From Antechinus flavipes (taxonomy: Eukaryota): a DNA stretch of 64,000 bases. Shown one piece after another: positions 63,110 to 64,000 of this stretch. How positions within the stretch are numbered: the first letter of the stretch is position 1; each line of letters begins with the position of its first letter. A program made the position numbers and the translations under genes. Under the pieces are notes generated by a model. The model searched no databases. It had not been told where the DNA came from and was given only the letters and a program-made list of their open reading frames with translations. The stretch is from NCBI RefSeq assembly GCF_016432865.1, contig NC_067401.1:39494001-39558000 (forward strand), written 5' to 3'.

Positions 63110-64000
63110 CCTTGTATCATCCTCTCACAAGAAGAGATCCATTCTGGATTGGATCTCTAGCAGCCACTGTCAGGTGGCTCCAACGTATTCCAACAAGGGT
63201 GGATATGCATAGGTAAAGTAGGTTTCCTTACTAGGAATAATTTGTAACAGTGAAATCATGTGTTTAAAAAAAAAAAGTTGGTAACTGATTATTCAGTTCA
63301 AAGGCCTTTTTCAATCCTCTTTCATTTGACCTCAGCAACTTTTGGCAAGGAGAAACAACCCATTCCTTACTGGTTTTCAGAGACTTCCCACTTTCCAGGT
63401 CCTCTTTTTATCTACTAGACCACTGGATCTCCTTCATAGGAAGTGTTTCCTTTTTCTAAGCCCCTTTGAGATAGATGTAGATACCTTTTCCCAGATACAG
63501 ACCCATTTCAGCCTAGGGAATGACATCAACCCACTGGCTCATCTTTCTTTCCAAACTTGTTCTTTATGAATTAATCATCTCTGGGAGTAGCACTTGAAAT
63601 CCTTATCCTTAGTAGGATCCCCTCTGACGATTCCTTCTCAATTGTTCAAACAATAAACACTAAGGACCCATTATGTACAAGGGATTTTTCCAGGTGCCAG
63701 GGATACAAGCAAAAGAAAATCTCTACTCACAAGTAATACAAGTTCATATATAAATATGTATGGCATAGATGTAAAGTAGATATATACAAATATAAAGTAA
63801 TTCAATATACTTTATTGTGTATTTTTTTGGGGAAAGGAGAGCACTGGGGAAAGATCAGGAAAGACTTCTTGTGTAAAGGTGAAAAGAACTGGAAACTAAG
63901 GGAGTGGTTACTGGTTAGGGAATGACTGAATAAAATGTGATATGTGAACACAATATGAATTATAGTAGTGTTAGAAATGAAAAAAGGAATCATTTTGGAG

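Noticed and set aside
1-64000. tRNA, rRNA, snoRNA, CRISPR arrays, U12-type introns, endogenous viral ORFs
   Set aside because: None recognisable by eye. All donors found are U2-type GT. A covariance-model and tBLASTn scan would be needed to exclude small or diverged elements.

Overview
Mammalian genomic DNA, most likely a marsupial (possibly a dasyurid); this is inferred from RTE-clade LINEs, marsupial-type CORE-SINEs and the L1 3' ends. The gene order matches the human 1q21.3 block read in reverse: GABPB2 (-, 5' part only), MLLT11/AF1q (-), CDC42SE1/SPEC1 (+), C1orf56/MENT (-), BNIPL (-) and PRUNE1 (-, exon 1 outside the window). I rebuilt the coding exons by hand from GT/AG boundaries and protein recognition, and all phases join in frame. 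The standout oddity is the MENT orthologue. It is a 672-aa signal-peptide protein, about twice the recalled human length (~341 aa), because ~225 codons of interrupted CAG-derived (ELEQQQQ)n repeats, involucrin-like in composition, and an acidic E/Q stretch lie between the signal peptide and the conserved WGPW/Cys-rich domain. Other observations: an RTE insertion with twin-priming-type 5' inversion, an unexplained 88-bp direct repeat on both sides of the GABPB2 start-codon exon, palindromic mariner MITEs, uORFs in GABPB2 and CDC42SE1, a GAG splice acceptor in BNIPL, an L1 apparently polyadenylated at an internal AATAAA, and predicted overlapping convergent 3' UTRs. I cannot show a wholly new multi-gene system; the Q-expanded secreted MENT is the best candidate for undescribed biology. 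Comparisons to human or repeat consensus sequences are from memory and need checking. There is a 151-nt assembly gap at 42408-42558.
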